From assembly GCF_018350175.1 (NCBI RefSeq), contig NC_058382.1, positions 54,562,001-54,626,000 of the forward strand: DNA of 64,000 nt, written 5' to 3'. The notes beneath the pieces were generated by a model. That model worked only from the letters and a program-made list of their open reading frames with translations, made no database searches and was not told the DNA's origin. Position 1 is the first letter of the stretch. Every line of letters begins with the position of its first letter. Of this stretch, positions 50,485 through 63,136 are shown piece after piece. Source of the DNA: Felis catus. Its lineage: Eukaryota. Position numbers and translations under genes: made by a program.

Positions 50485-50663
50485 CTGTCAGGAAGAAAGC
50501 CAAGAATCACCCCCAGAAGTCCTGTGTCCTGGTAGCCACTTCCCCATAGCCATCCTCAGAGGGAAAACTGGTTCTCAGACTAGGCAGAGCCTGGAACCAG
50601 GAAGGATTCCTTTTGTCTGGCAGCTGAGAGCACGGGCATTGCTCTCAAGAGCTGCCAAGAGAC

Positions 50664-50885
50664 GGGGTGCCCGGATGGCTCAGTTGGTTAAGCAGCTGAC
50701 TTTGGCTCATGATCATGATCTCACAGTTCATGCGTTTGAGCCCTGAACCTGGCTGTGCACTGACAGTGCAGATTCTCGATTCTCTCCCTCTCCCTCTCCC
50801 TTTCTCTGCCCCTCCCCTGCTCTCTCTCTTTCTCTCTCTCTCTGTCTCTCTCTCTGTCTAAGTAAACATAACAAAACAAAACAAG
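50664..50885 (+). mobile_element. Can-SINE
   Basis: SINE head, long CT tract and (AAAAC)n tail. Confidence 0.8.
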
Positions 50886-51261
50886 CTTTCAGGAAAAGAA
50901 AAAGATAGCACCACCTACTCCCTACTGCCGCCATTTCCAAATATAAGGCACCATTTCTGGCTAGGGCTGGGAGCATTCCCTTCTAGAGACCTCCCAGCCC
51001 AGTCCTCTCCTAAGTACTCAGTGCATGATGTTCTCCTGTAAGCAGGGGTTCCCAGGGCAAACTATGGGCCCTAGTATGGGGCTGTCTGCCTAGAGGAAGG
51101 GGACTCTTTATTTGTCCAAAGTTGCCTTGTGCTTGCCAGGCCATGGACCCAAGGGGTGCATCCATTCAGGGAGAGACATTTGAGGAGGGTGATTTTTCTC
51201 ATTTTCATAAAGGCTTGGTGTAGATGGCAGTGTCCATGTTCCCCCGACCCCACCCCATTAC

Positions 51262-51363
51262 CTCCTCGTAGTTGAAGATTCCTAGCTGAAGGCTGATCAT
51301 TGTTTCTGCTGCATCGAAGAGGGTTTTGTAGGAACGGAGTTTCCAACCAAATATTAAGTTTGA
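51262..51363 (-). CDS. PKD1L2: PKD1L2 exon (pore-like loop)
   Basis: 102 nt, SNLIFGWKLRSYKTLFDAAETMISLQLGIFNYEE. Acceptor attacag, donor gtaatg. Confidence 0.93.
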
Positions 51364-52925
51364 CTGTAATGGAAAGAGTCCTCATGAACAGGAAAAGAAA
51401 CCAAGTGACCTCCCCACCCCCCACCCCCAAAGCCTGTTGTTTGACAGAGTCTCTGTTCTGGGTCAGCCTTATCCTTGGCCCCGCAAAACCGTACCTATGG
51501 GGGCTTGCAAGTGAGTGTGTGTGTACCTACCCAGTTCTGTAAGGAATGCGTATCCCCTTCTGGGGCTCAGCACCACCCGCTAGGCCACTACTGTGTTCAC
51601 TCAGATGGCTGCAGTTCACTCAGGTGACTCAGTGATGAAACTGGGCTCTCTGAGGCCCCAGCCTCTTTGCTTTGGGGAAGTTGGGTTGGATGACAACAGG
51701 CTTCTGCCTGGGCAGGGCGTCTCCTATACTTCCTCCTCACCACAGCACGCTTCCCTCCAAAGATTGCCACTCTTATGTCAAGGGAGGCCCAGCACTCCCT
51801 TTGCTCTGAACTGGTGACTTCTCATCTCCGGACACGGCCAGTGTCCCTGTAGCTCCTATACTGCAGATGGAGGACTGAATAAACCCATGTGAATTAAGAG
51901 GTCCAGTGAAGTACTTGTGATTAAACCAAACTCCAGCTTTTTAGCATACACCCCCCATCACTCCATCAGTCCTCCTTACCCCATTTCTGAGGGTGGGAGA
52001 GGGAGAGACAGTAGTTAGGTAGTGGGGAGTCAGGGTGGAGGTGATAGGGACAGGAAAAGGATGGCTAAGGAATGGGGAGAGGGCTAGAGAGAGAGTGGTA
52101 ACTAGGATAAGAGAGACCACTGTGTGGTGTGCAGCTCAGGGATGATGGAAGGTAAGAGTGGATGGGGCCAAGGCAAGAACTGGGAGAGGGGCTGGGGTGG
52201 AGAGTGGGTCAGGATTGGGTAAAGGGGCACGGAGGAGTGAGAGCTGTGGTATTATGGGGAACGTGGACTTGGAGGCGATGGGGGTTATATTTAGATGGAG
52301 AGCAAGATGTGGCAGAGGGTCTTTGTTTCCCACATAATTGGTAATAAAAGAGTTGGCAGTATTTTTTTTTTTTTTCATTCACAAAAGAGACGCCAAATGC
52401 TCTCAGTGTCAAGGGGCTGAATGAAATGATTTTTGGCCCTGTTAAGTTCATGCCTCGTGTAGGGCACCAAGCAGTGACATAGCCTACCCATATGTAGGCT
52501 AATCTCTGCCCAATTCATCTCCAGCCGCCCCCCCCCCCTCCACCCCCTGAGCACAGAGCGAATGCTCTATGCGTGTCTGAGCATGTGGAGTGTCAGGAGA
52601 AGTGGCATTTCCAGGCAGGGTCCAGGTACAGAAAGGAATCCTTTATGGGAGGTAGTTGGCCCTCTTGGTCTTAGAGACTATACCTCCTTGCTCTTATCCA
52701 GCCGATGTCTCCACCCTTGCCATTTGGGGTGGCCAGTTTATGAGCCCCCAGCTGCAAAGCCCTGGACTCAGAATATCCACCGTCTCCCCCAGGTTCCAAA
52801 GTCTTAACGTTAACCCTCAGTGCATGTGCCCCTCCACCCCCCCTCCCCCCAACGACCACCACCACTGAGAAGCCTTTGCTTCCAAGGAGACCAGCCTCGA
52901 AGGTTTTACCAAAGGAACCACTCAC

Positions 52926-53136
52926 TGCAATGGAGTAAGCCAGAAGCATGATAAGGATGATGATGATAAATCCTGAAATGTCCCCCCAAGCACGGCGCAG
53001 GGCAGATGTGATCATGTTCATTTTGGGGTTCAACCTGAGCAGATGCCAAAGCTTCACTGTGGACAGCAGTACCAGGAAGGCAATGATGTAGCCAAGGGCA
53101 GCATCAGCTGCTGCTGTCTCACTGAAACTGATCCCC
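52926..53136 (-). CDS. PKD1L2: PKD1L2 exon (transmembrane segments)
   Basis: 211 nt, GISFSETAAADAALGYIIAFLVLLSTVKLWHLLRLNPKMNMITSALRRAWGDISGFIIIILIMLLAYSIA. Acceptor cctacag, donor gtgagt. Confidence 0.94.
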
Positions 53137-53324
53137 CTGTAGGACCAAAAGGGAGGGTGAGTCTCAGAGATGGTGAGAAGCTCAGCCAGAGCTCTTCTGG
53201 GCTGTCACGATGCTGGATCCTCAGCCCAGGATGCAGGATTAGATTTATCATGATCTCAGAGCCCATCACTTCCCACAACAGATCTGGGAGATATAAGGCT
53301 AGTCCAGTTCCCCAGCTATGTAAT

Positions 53325-53700
53325 GATGAGATGGGGATGACAGTGATGGAGATGAGAGTAGAGACGGTGATGGTGGTGGGGATGATGGTTATGATAGGGA
53401 TGACGACAATGATGGTGATGGAGGCGACGTGGTAGGGACGATGATGGTGGTGGAGAGGGTGACGGTGATCGTGGTGGGGATGATGGTTATGATAGGGATG
53501 ACGACAATGATGGTGATGGAGGCGACGTGGTAGGGACGATGATGGTGGTGGAGAGGGTGACGGTGATGGTGGTGGGGATGATGGTTATGATAGGGATGAC
53601 AACGACGATGACGATGGAGGTGATGTGGTAGCATGTCGATGGTGGTGGTGAGGGTAATGGTGATGATGGTAGTGATGTGGTAGTGATGGGGGTCATGGGA
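53325..53700. repeat. 98-bp minisatellite (about 2.5 copies) built from (GAT/GGT)n low-complexity sequence
   Basis: Units starting gacggtgat begin at 53363, 53461 and 53559, a period of 98. Confidence 0.9.
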
Positions 53701-55159
53701 CCATTACCTACCAGTTTTGGTTAATGGCTGCAGAGCTATGGAAGAATGGCAAAGGAAGAATCCTCCCAGGGTCAAGAAGATGGAACTGAGGGAGTTCTGT
53801 GAGCCTCCCCTCCTGGTTTGGGGTTACTAGATGCCACTTCCTCCCTCACATTTGTCTGAGTGTATGTCCACATTACCCTTACATTTGAAGGAAGGATGGA
53901 AGTATCATTCAGTTTCTGTGCTGAGGGCCTGATGAACCTCAACTGTGTTTGGCCTTCGAGACCACTGGCTGAGGCAAGTGTTTCTGTCTTTGTTTCATGG
54001 ATGAGGACGAGGAAGAGTTGGCACCAGGTCACCCAGCTAGTGACATAGTGATACAACTCGTGGTGGAAGAAAAAGAGTTGGATCCAGGCCTGACTCCAAA
54101 GTCTGGTTCTTCCCGCCATCCCACCCGGCCCTTAATTCCCCTCCGTGCCTTTGTGCTTTAAATTCAGTCTTAATATTGGTGTGTCGTTCAAATGGTGTAG
54201 ACCGTTATCCAGTGACATGGATGGAGCACAGGTTAAAGAACAAAATTATATGATCTCAGGTTTTAAATGCATTTAATATACATATATAACGCCTGAGTGA
54301 AAGCTGTCCTTTTCCCTAATCTCCTGCCCTCCAGAATCTTCCTTCCCTTTGAGCATATGAGGCCGCTGGTATGGATGGCAGCTTCCTCCTTTGGTTCCCG
54401 CAGCATCTTTTTCCTGTCTCTCTTAAAACACCTAACCCTCTTTGCGCCATTTAATTGCTCATATGCGTGGAAAAGTAACTACGTAAGCCCTCTTTTGTAT
54501 TGACGGCTCTAATGAAAGCATGGTTCTCAGCCTTGGCTGCAGGTTAGAATAACCAGGGAGACACTGAAAATACTAGAGCGGGGCTTGTCCCCAGCACTGA
54601 CCTAGTAGGTCTGGGATGTGGACTGGGCATCAGGGTTTGATCATCTCCCTGGGCAATTCTGCTGAGGAGCCAGGCCTGGGAAGCACTGGGTTGAAAGGAG
54701 ACCATGAAGCAAATCACTTGGTCTTAAAAAATACTTTGAAAATTCAGGATCTGGTTATAGAATGACTTATCTATTCCAACAAGCAAACGAAGTTTACAAG
54801 TTTCTGAAATTAACACAAAACTTTGGTTAATTCATTAACCAAATGCAACTGAGGGTTTCGTGTAATTCCACATTTTACTCTGGTTTCTGTCAAAAGTGGC
54901 AGATATATATTTTCTGACACTCAGTGTGAAGAGAACTCTCTTACTATAAGATTGTTTTATAACCCATCTGAGTAAAAACCCTGTCTATGTGGATATTGAG
55001 AACCAAATATGTTTTAGGTCACGGTGAGGAATTATAAAGCGTGGTTAATGTAGGGGGACAGTGATGATTTACAAATCACACTGGCTGTTAATGGTCTTAA
55101 TCATGTATAACCTAAAACTCACCACTGTTTCTTCCTAGAACTCAGGCTTTGTTCTCTAA

Positions 55160-55380
55160 GCAGGAGTTTTTCTGCAAAGGGTCAGATGGTATGTATTTGA
55201 GTTTCTGTGGGCCAGATAGTTTCTGTCCCAGTAACTCCGTTGACAGTTGTTATCAGGAAAGCAGCCATGGACAGTATGTAAGGAACAGGTGATGATGCAG
55301 TGTTCCATTAAAACTTAATTTACAAAAACAGGTGGCGGGCTGGATTTGGACCCCAGGTCATCTTTTGCAGATCCCTTCAA
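55160..55380 (+). mobile_element. MER58-like hAT DNA transposon
   Basis: tttttctgcaaagggtcagat...gcagccatggacagtatgtaa...gttccattaaaacttaatttacaaaaacaggtggcgggctggatttgg. Confidence 0.75.
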
Positions 55381-55949
55381 GAGTTCAAACACCTTTAAGT
55401 TTTAGAAATGCTGTTCTGCATAAGATTTACAACCAGCTTAAGTAAAAAAATAAAAGCACTTCTGATAATTTCTGAACTCAAAGAACTCAACTGATATGGA
55501 GACCTTTCTGTGGAAGGGTGCCTGGAGAGAGGGTGGAACTTTAGTCCTAGACTTGGCTGGCGCCATGGGCGTGGTACAGAGAAGAGCTCAGTGAGGGTTT
55601 GTGAGTTGAATGAGACCATCTAGGGTGGAGGTTAGGAATGCAGAGTTCTTATAGGCCCTGCATTTCCGTTTCCAAATTCTGTGACCTTGCACAGACATCC
55701 TTTCTGAGCCTCAGTTTCCTTATCTGTAAAAAAGGGACGTTGATAGAATTATCTTTTAGAAGTTTTAGGAAGATTAAAGTAGATGAGATAATTCTTTTCA
55801 AGTGCTGTTTTTTGTAACAGTATATGGCATCCAACAATAAATAAATGTTAGCTATATCTTTAAAATCACTGAGTCAAGAAACACAGTGGTTTGATGTAAG
55901 GATTGGGATCCTGGAGACTTACAAGCTAGGTTTCTTGTTGTTGTTTCCT

Positions 55950-56930
55950 TTTTAATATATTTCCTTAAGACTTTACTTTTAAGCAATCTCTACATCCAAC
56001 GTGTGGGGCTCAAACTCATGACCCTGAGATTAAGAGTTGCAAGCTCTACCAAATGAGCCAGCCAGGCACCCCTTCAAGATTTTAAAACAGTTATTTATTT
56101 AAAACTTTTTTAGAGAGAGCTAGCAGGGGAGTACCAGAGAGAGAATCTTAAGCAGGCTCAGCACTGGGCATGCATGGAGCCCAAAGATTTTATTTTTATG
56201 TAATCTCTGTACCCAAAATGAAGCTTGAATTTACAATCCCAAAGTCAAGAGTTGTGTGCTCTAGTGACTGAACCTCTCATACAAGGTAGGTTTAAATTAC
56301 TTCTCTGCCACCTTTAAATGGAGGGCTTGAACTCACAACCCTGACTGAGATCAAGACCTGAACTGAGATCAGAGTCAGATGCTTAACTGATTGAGCCACC
56401 CAGGTGGCCCCCGGCATAGCTTTCCTGACCTCAGAAGTCATTTCAGGTCCTCTGCCATCTTGTGAATGAATGTACGGACAAAACAGCCATTATCAGGCCA
56501 GGAGGTAATTTGATCCTATGAAGGACAATCAACAATGATAAAGTGAAGACTGACCTGGCCACATTTCTTGAGTTATCTTTGCAGGATCTAAACCCCCTTG
56601 AGTACTCAGATACCAGACCAACTAAAGCCAGAGAATTGACAATGCTGACCTTTGCCAGTCCTAGTGATTTTGACTTGGACTCAGTTACACTAAGATGACT
56701 TCTGCCCCAATTCCACGCTGTATTCTCCATTGCGTAGCCCCTTCAAGAATATGTATTCACCCTTCCCTTAAAACTTCCCCATTTTTGTTATTTGGAGAGA
56801 CCACTTTGGGAAAGATCCTTGATGTTCTCCTTTATTTCAAGTAAAATGCTTCCTTTTCCTATTCTTTGGTTTGGTCATGTCTTTTGGCTGGATGGTTCCC
56901 AAGAGGCGAACCTACTTTTGGGTAATAATA
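55950..56930. mobile_element. Cluster of minus-strand SINE fragments (55950-56412) followed by an LTR-like element (about 56430-56930)
   Basis: Several reverse SINE heads and tails, then the LTR-like cccttaaaacttcccc...tttggagagaccactttggg segment. Confidence 0.55.
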
Positions 56931-57286
56931 ACATCTACCACCTTGGGTTCTTATGAGGATCTGGTGGGTTAGTACATCCTGCCTAACAGAGTGGACCCTT
57001 TGTAAATGATGTAGGTTGTAAATGATGTAGGACACTTTGTAGCAGATGTAGGTTGACTGGCGTTCTGCTACAGCTTTTGAGCAGGGACCTTACCACGGTG
57101 TCACAAGGTCTTTTGTTTTGGTAGGATTTGCAAAAGTAAGCTTTGTTCCATTTTGTCGTAAAAGAGCCCTCTCCAACTGTGTATGCTTCAGGCCCTAAAC
57201 CTGAATTTAAGTGGTAGCTATAGTTACTTTTTAAAGAGTGACCCGTGATCCTCTGAGGATCAACAGGATTTCAAAAGCCTTCCTCT

Positions 57287-57480
57287 GGGGGCGCCTAGGT
57301 GGCTCAGTGTGTTGAGCATCCAGCTTTGGCTCAGGTCAGTTCAACCCGTGTGGGGCTCTGTCCTGACCGCTGGGAGCCCGGAGCCCACTTTGGATTCTGT
57401 GTCTCCCTCTCTCTCTGCCCCTCCCCCACTCATGGTCTGTCTCTCTCTGTCTCTCAAAAATAAATAAATGTTAAAAAAAA
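57287..57480 (+). mobile_element. Can-SINE with TSD
   Basis: Flanked by ttcaaaagcct(t/c)cctctg repeats. Confidence 0.85.
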
Positions 57481-57574
57481 ATTTTGTTCAAAAGCCTCCC
57501 TCTGACCCTGGGGCCACAGAGCTGGAGGAAGCAGATCTAGTGTGGGAGTTGGGAGCTGAGGCAGAGCCACTTAC

Positions 57575-57735
57575 TCCTTCCCATGGTTCCGGTAGCGCTG
57601 GATGTCACGTTCTGCCAGGATAGCCCTCTTCACAAACATCGCCAGGGCGCTCCAGCTGGCCAGGATGATGGTCAGCTCCAGAAGATTCCACTTGCTATGG
57701 AAATAGCGCCACCTCTGTTTCCTCATGAGCTTGCC
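57575..57735 (-). CDS. PKD1L2: PKD1L2 exon
   Basis: 161 nt, GKLMRKQRWRYFHSKWNLLELTIILASWSALAMFVKRAILAERDIQRYRNHGK(E). Acceptor ctttctcag, donor gtaagt. Confidence 0.94.
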
Positions 57736-58018
57736 CTGAGAAAGGAGCTGGAGGTTGTACCAAATGCTGTGGCCAGAATTGTGGCTCCCCACCCCTTCCA
57801 CCAAAGCTCTCCAGCCACCCAAGATGACCCTCCAGCAGGGGTCTACTGTATCCTGGAGAGGCTCCTTAAAGCCCTGGGCCCACGTGCCTAGAGTACCTGG
57901 GGCCTCTCCCCAGCACTGTGCACAGACCCCATCTGTCCCATCACCAACTCGGGCTGCGGAATTTGGAAGGCACAGAAGAGTAAATACAGCAAAAATAAGA
58001 AAAACATTTAATTCTCTC

Positions 58019-59478
58019 TGATGCAAAAAATTGGGGAAGGAGAAAGACCCTCCCACCCTTTCACAGGGTATTTACTTCAGAAAACTTGTAATTGTGAACT
58101 CTTTCTCTGCCCCTTTGAGGTGTGTGTCAATCTTTTTAAAAGTTCAGCTAGCCTCGGGGCGCCTGGGTGGCGCAGTCGGTTAAGCGTCCGACTTCAGCCA
58201 GGTCACCATCTCGCGGTCCCGGAGTTCGAGCCCCACGTCCGGCTCTGGGCTGATGGCTCGGAGCCTGGAGCCTGTTTCCGATTCTGTGTCTCCCTCTCTC
58301 TCTGCCCCTCCCCCGTTCATGCTCTGTCTCTCTCTGTCCCAAAAATAAATAAACGTTGAAAAAAAAAAATTTAAAAAAAGTTCAGCTAGCCTCAAGAATG
58401 TTTTTCTAAAGGACCTGGGAGCTTTCTGTCTGACATGTGATCATGAAGGAAGGTAGTGCCCTTCACTCCCAGTTTCCCCAGGAGGGTAGGAGCCAAATGG
58501 CAGGCACCTGGCTCCAAATTACAAAATTACCTCCTGTTGTGATTATATATGTTTATTTTTACTTTTTTTTTTAATGTTTATTCATTTTTGAGAGAGTGTC
58601 AGCGGGGGAGGGCAGAGAGAAGGGGACAGAGGCTCTGAAGCCGGCTCTGTGCTGACAGCAGAGAGCTCGATATGGGGCTCCAACTCATGAACTGTGAGAT
58701 CACGACCTGAGCCGAAGTCAGACACTCAGCGAACTGAGCCACCCGGGTGCCCCTATTTTTCTTTTGATAAAGATAGTTAGCAAACACAAGTGGCCACCCC
58801 AATTACCAGGTGAATTTAGAGTGGACTAGTGGGATAGATATGCCATAAATTCTCTTGAGGATTAATTAGTGTTTATCTTAAGAAGGAGTATGTAATGGGT
58901 CCTATCTGCCTAGCAATATGCAAGGGTGAGATTACTTTCTGTTTTTGGAATCTCTTAGTGGATTGTCTGGGATGTTCCTAACTTCTAGTTTAATGCTTAT
59001 TCAAAAAGAAAAGTTGTTTTCTTCGGGGGAAGTGGAGAGTTATTGTTTAATAGGTACAGTTTCAGTTTTGCAGGAGGAAAAAAGTTATGGAAGGATGGAT
59101 GGATGGATGGTAGTGATGGTTTTTGCACAACAACGTGAATGTCCTTAATGCCACTGAGGTGTACATTTAAAAGTGGTTAAAGTGGTAACTTTGTTATATA
59201 TTATATATACGTGTTTTTATGTATATATAATACGTAAGATATAAAATATACACAATTAAAATAACATATAACATAGAACATACACAATGGTATACATAAT
59301 CTACCACAATTAGAAATAAATGAATAGATTAGAAATAACAAATAATATAATAAAAATAAATAAATTAGAAAAAAATAATTTTGTTAGTTTTTTTTTTTTT
59401 TTCCTTGACCTTTGTGCCTTTTTGGAGAGGTTTTCTAGATTGGCCAGAGACTTTGTTTTTAATTCTGTTTCCTCATCA
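58019..59478. mobile_element. LTR-like element with nested insertions (SINE 58156-58375 +, SINE about 58565-58753 -, L1 3' fragment about 59020-59400)
   Basis: TGATG...CATCA inverted termini and an LTR-like interior. No clear TSD. Confidence 0.4.
58156..58375 (+). mobile_element. Young SINEC_Fc-type SINE with perfect 18-bp TSD
   Basis: TSD AAAAGTTCAGCTAGCCTC at 58138-58155 and 58376-58393. Confidence 0.93.
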
Positions 59479-60638
59479 GGTGTTGCAAGTCAAAAGGAAT
59501 TGTGCTGTGTAAGTTCTAGGCCTCCCCCCCTGTCCCCCCCCCCCCACACCCGCTAAAGAGAATCTTCTATTGTCTGTTCTATTTCCCTCCCCCTACTCAC
59601 TCTTAGGGAGGAAGGACTCCTGTTTGGCTAAGTACACCTCCATCATAAAGGGAGGGAGAGAGATTTTAAAAATTGCTTAAGCAGTATTTTGAGAAAGATT
59701 TAAGGGTTTTGGAAAGAAGCGTTCTGAGGCAGCTGCAGGCAGAGGGTGAGGGCAGCCCAGAGGTGGGTAGGCAGATGGGCCTCCTTTGATGTTCTAGAAA
59801 AATGCAAAGACTTAGGTTGTTCTTTGGTAACTGTTCCCTGTTTGGTTTGAACTGGCGATGTTCAGAGACCCTGTGGGATCCAGGTTTATGAGCCTCATGG
59901 TGAGGCAGAGTGTCAAGTTCAGGGGTTAGACTCTCTGGGTTCAATTTTGGCCTTGGATAAATTACTAAATGTCTCTGGACTTCAGCTTCCTACTCTGTGA
60001 AATGGAGCCAATAGAACCTTTCTCTTGGTATTATAGGAGAAAATCCATGCAGCATTCTTAGCGCAACGTGAATCACGTGGTAGGCACTCAAGGTATCATC
60101 CTTATTTTCAAGCGTTTGTCGTGGCTGTTGAGCAGGGGTTGGGGATGTCCTTTTAAGAGACCTGATTTGCATTTTTGGTGGGGGAGGGGGCAGGCCATAT
60201 CCCAAGCTTCAAGTGAGCTCCCCGCCTCCTCAAATCCCCATCATTATCAATGTCTGTACCTTCATTTTGCAACATGGTTGTAAAAGTGGCAAAGGGGATT
60301 GTTTCCTAATTCCCGGGACCACAGGTGAACCAGACCACAGGGAGCACAGTCACCTGTCTCTGTCTCCCACCTATGACATTTTTGCAAGGTCTCAGTTCCT
60401 CTCCCTTCCCCATCCGGGAAGGACCAGCCTCTGAATCTTAGTTCCTGAGAGGTGCTGAAAGTTGGTCCTTGAGCTGGGTGGGTCCTCATGACTACAGAAG
60501 GACCGGAAAGTTGCCATGGCAAACAGGCAGACAGAACCTTTCCCTCTCCCTTCCGCTGGCCTCATTCCAGGGAAGGTGTGTGAGATGGGACAGGCGCACT
60601 GCCACCTCCAGCCCAGGGAGCCCTAGTCTACCCCTCAC

Positions 60639-60766
60639 CTGCACAATCATGTAGTAGAGAAGGAACAGGAGGTAGATGACCTCTGCTGCTACCACGAAGG
60701 GGTGCCAGCCGTCAGTGAAGGGGTACAGGCGCAGGCTCTGCAGGTTCGCATGTGCAAAGAAGGTTC
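60639..60766 (-). CDS. PKD1L2: PKD1L2 exon
   Basis: 128 nt, (G)TFFAHANLQSLRLYPFTDGWHPFVVAAEVIYLLFLLYYMIVQ. Acceptor cttcccag, donor gtgagg. Confidence 0.93.
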
Positions 60767-61112
60767 CTGGGAAGCAAAACACGTTCTGCTCATTCCTGGT
60801 CACCTGCCTGCTCAGAGCCACCGCTTCTGACCGGAAGTCATCTGTGCCATGATGCAGTCTCAGGCCCTTCTTAGGACTGGCCAGGGCAGAAGAGAAGATA
60901 AAGGTCCTTCAGACCCAAAAACCCAAGGGACTGGACAGGGACACACGGGGGATGCCAACGACAATGCATTTGTCAGAAAGGATGCTGGGAGCTGCACGGG
61001 GAGAGCCGTCCCCTACCCTCTGCATCTGGTAGCCTCCATTTGTGCCCTCAGTCACCTCCAGCCAGAGCACAACTGCCCACTTAACATTAATCTGCTCCAG
61101 GCTGGCTCACTT

Positions 61113-61327
61113 TTTTTTTTTTTTAACTTTTTAAGTTTATTTATTTTGAGAGAGACAGTGTGAGTGAGGGAGGGGCAGAGAGAGAGGGAGACCAAGAATC
61201 CCAAACAAGCTCTGTGCTGTCAGCACAGAGCCTGACACGGGGCTCGAACCCACGAAACCGTGAGATGATGGCCTGAGCCGAAACCAAGAGCCAGATGCTT
61301 AACCGACTGAGCCACCCAGGTGCCCCA
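61113..61327 (-). mobile_element. Can-SINE with TSD
   Basis: TSD AGGCTGGCTCACTT at 61099-61112 and 61328-61341. Confidence 0.9.
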
Positions 61328-62569
61328 AGGCTGGCTCACTTAAAGCCAGTTTACCTAAAAAGAGTTCACTAAAGACCGATTCATCTATTGACCAATATGC
61401 CTAAAATTCAACCTTCTTTTGAATCACCTTTCTTCCATTTGTGTATCTTTTCTTTTTGGCAGATATTGTAATGATATTTTAGTTATCTTTTAAGAAAAAA
61501 ACCAATCTGACTAATAAGGCTACTGCCTCTGAAGACAAAGCCAACCCCAAGAATGGCAGAATGGAGAGACACAAACAACCTGAGTCCTTGCCGACGTCGG
61601 TGGACTGCTTGAACCAACCAGACCTGACAACCACCCCTCACTTTTCATCTTTTAGAAACATATAATTTAATCAGGTGTGTTTGGGAACAAACTGTTTAAT
61701 TGGTCCTAAGAGCTGCAAAGGTGGCAAAAAGAAATAGAATATAAGTATACAAATAACCATCCCCCCCATAAGGATTTGATAGAAGTGCTTGACGATGTTG
61801 TCAGTGGCCAGTGATCATAGAAGTTGAAGGCCTTTTGCTTTTCACTTTACACAGTTCTGAAATTTAAAGAACTATAGACATGTATTAGTTTTATTAAAAG
61901 TGTAATTTGATACTAAAAATCATTTAATTTTTAAAGGAGAGGTGGTTGAATTTTAGGAAAATTGATTTATTAGCTGAAGAGGCTTTAGGGCTCCATTTTC
62001 AGTAGATTTTGAAAGCGTTAAAAGAGGGAGGAGGGCAGGTAATGGGGAAAAAGATGAGGGCACAGTACATCTAGTTCAGGGAAATGTTTTTGAAGCTCTT
62101 GTGTCTTACGTGTATTTGTGTGTCTGTGTGTGTTGGAATATGATGTAAAATGTACTTCATGCTGTAGGTTGAGGTACAGAGTAGTAAAGTATTATTTTAG
62201 ATGAAATTATCTGTTCCCAGGTTGCACCCTCCCTAGCTCTTCCCTGCCAGCCCCTCAACCTGCCTCCCCCAGATTGGGAAGCTCAAGAATATGAGATGCT
62301 TTCAAACCCCAACTGCGTTCCCTTAGAGTATCTTGGGAGACAGGCCAGAGAGAAGTGAGGGCAACTAGGAATAAGGCTGGTGCAGCCCTGGAGCCTGCCC
62401 TTTGGGTGCCCGGGGACAACCAAGACCCGCCCCGAATCTCCCAAACAACCATTTGCCCTGGAGCTCTGGCCCTGGGGCAGCGAGGCCCAGCCTGGTCAGG
62501 AGCCCTGGCCCAGAGGGAGGGGCGTCTGTCTTGCAGAACGCAAGTGGGGTCACAGGCGAGGCTGCCCAC

Positions 62570-62703
62570 CCAGGGCGCCGGTCTCCAGGGTCAGAGTGAT
62601 GATGCAGAACAGATTGACATTGGCGTTGTAGACCGTGAACTCCACAAACACGGCTCTGGTCAGGCTGTCCAGCCAGGTGTTGTCAAACAGGTACTGGAGA
62701 ATT
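62570..62703 (-). CDS. PKD1L2: PKD1L2 exon (polycystin/TOP domain); upstream exons lie beyond the window
   Basis: 134 nt, ILQYLFDNTWLDSLTRAVFVEFTVYNANVNLFCIITLTLETGAL(G), with the typical polycystin WLDxxTRAVFVEFTVYNAN motif. Acceptor cttcctacag, donor gtgggc. Confidence 0.94.
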
Positions 62704-62914
62704 CTGTAGGAAGAGGAGTATTTAGAGACATCTCCATCTGCAGTGGCTCCCTACCCGCTCTGCCCCGGGAGAAAGCCAGGGCTTCCTGTGGAAAATTTTC
62801 CCTCTGACTCAGCTCCGTGCCCTGGGCCACAGGGCCTTGGGACTGCTCCTGGAAGTGATCACAGTTTCCCACCCATGGTGCAGTGTCTTGGCACCCATGG
62901 TCTCCTGGCTGTCA

Positions 62915-63077
62915 GAGCAGAGGTCCTCCAAGTGTGGTCCCCGTACTGCATCCGCCTCTTGTGGAAACTTGTTAGAAATGCAGATTGCCAGGCCCCACCC
63001 CAGATCTCCCAAAACAGAAACTCCGGGGGCAGAGCCTGGGGATTTGTGCTTTGATGAACCCTTCCTGGGATTGTGAT

Positions 63078-63108
<31 letters not shown>

Positions 63109-63136
63109 ATTCTTTTTAAAGTTCGAGGATCACTGA
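62915..63136. mobile_element. MER5A-like hAT DNA transposon
   Basis: caagtgtggtccc...ggaaacttgttagaaatgcagatt...aggccccacccca...aaagttcgaggatcactg. Confidence 0.75.

Noticed and set aside
53043..53696. His-, Thr- and Met-rich ORFs; CRISPR-like periodicity
   Set aside because: Translations of the GAT/GGT minisatellite. The units are contiguous with no unique spacers, and the DNA is mammalian.
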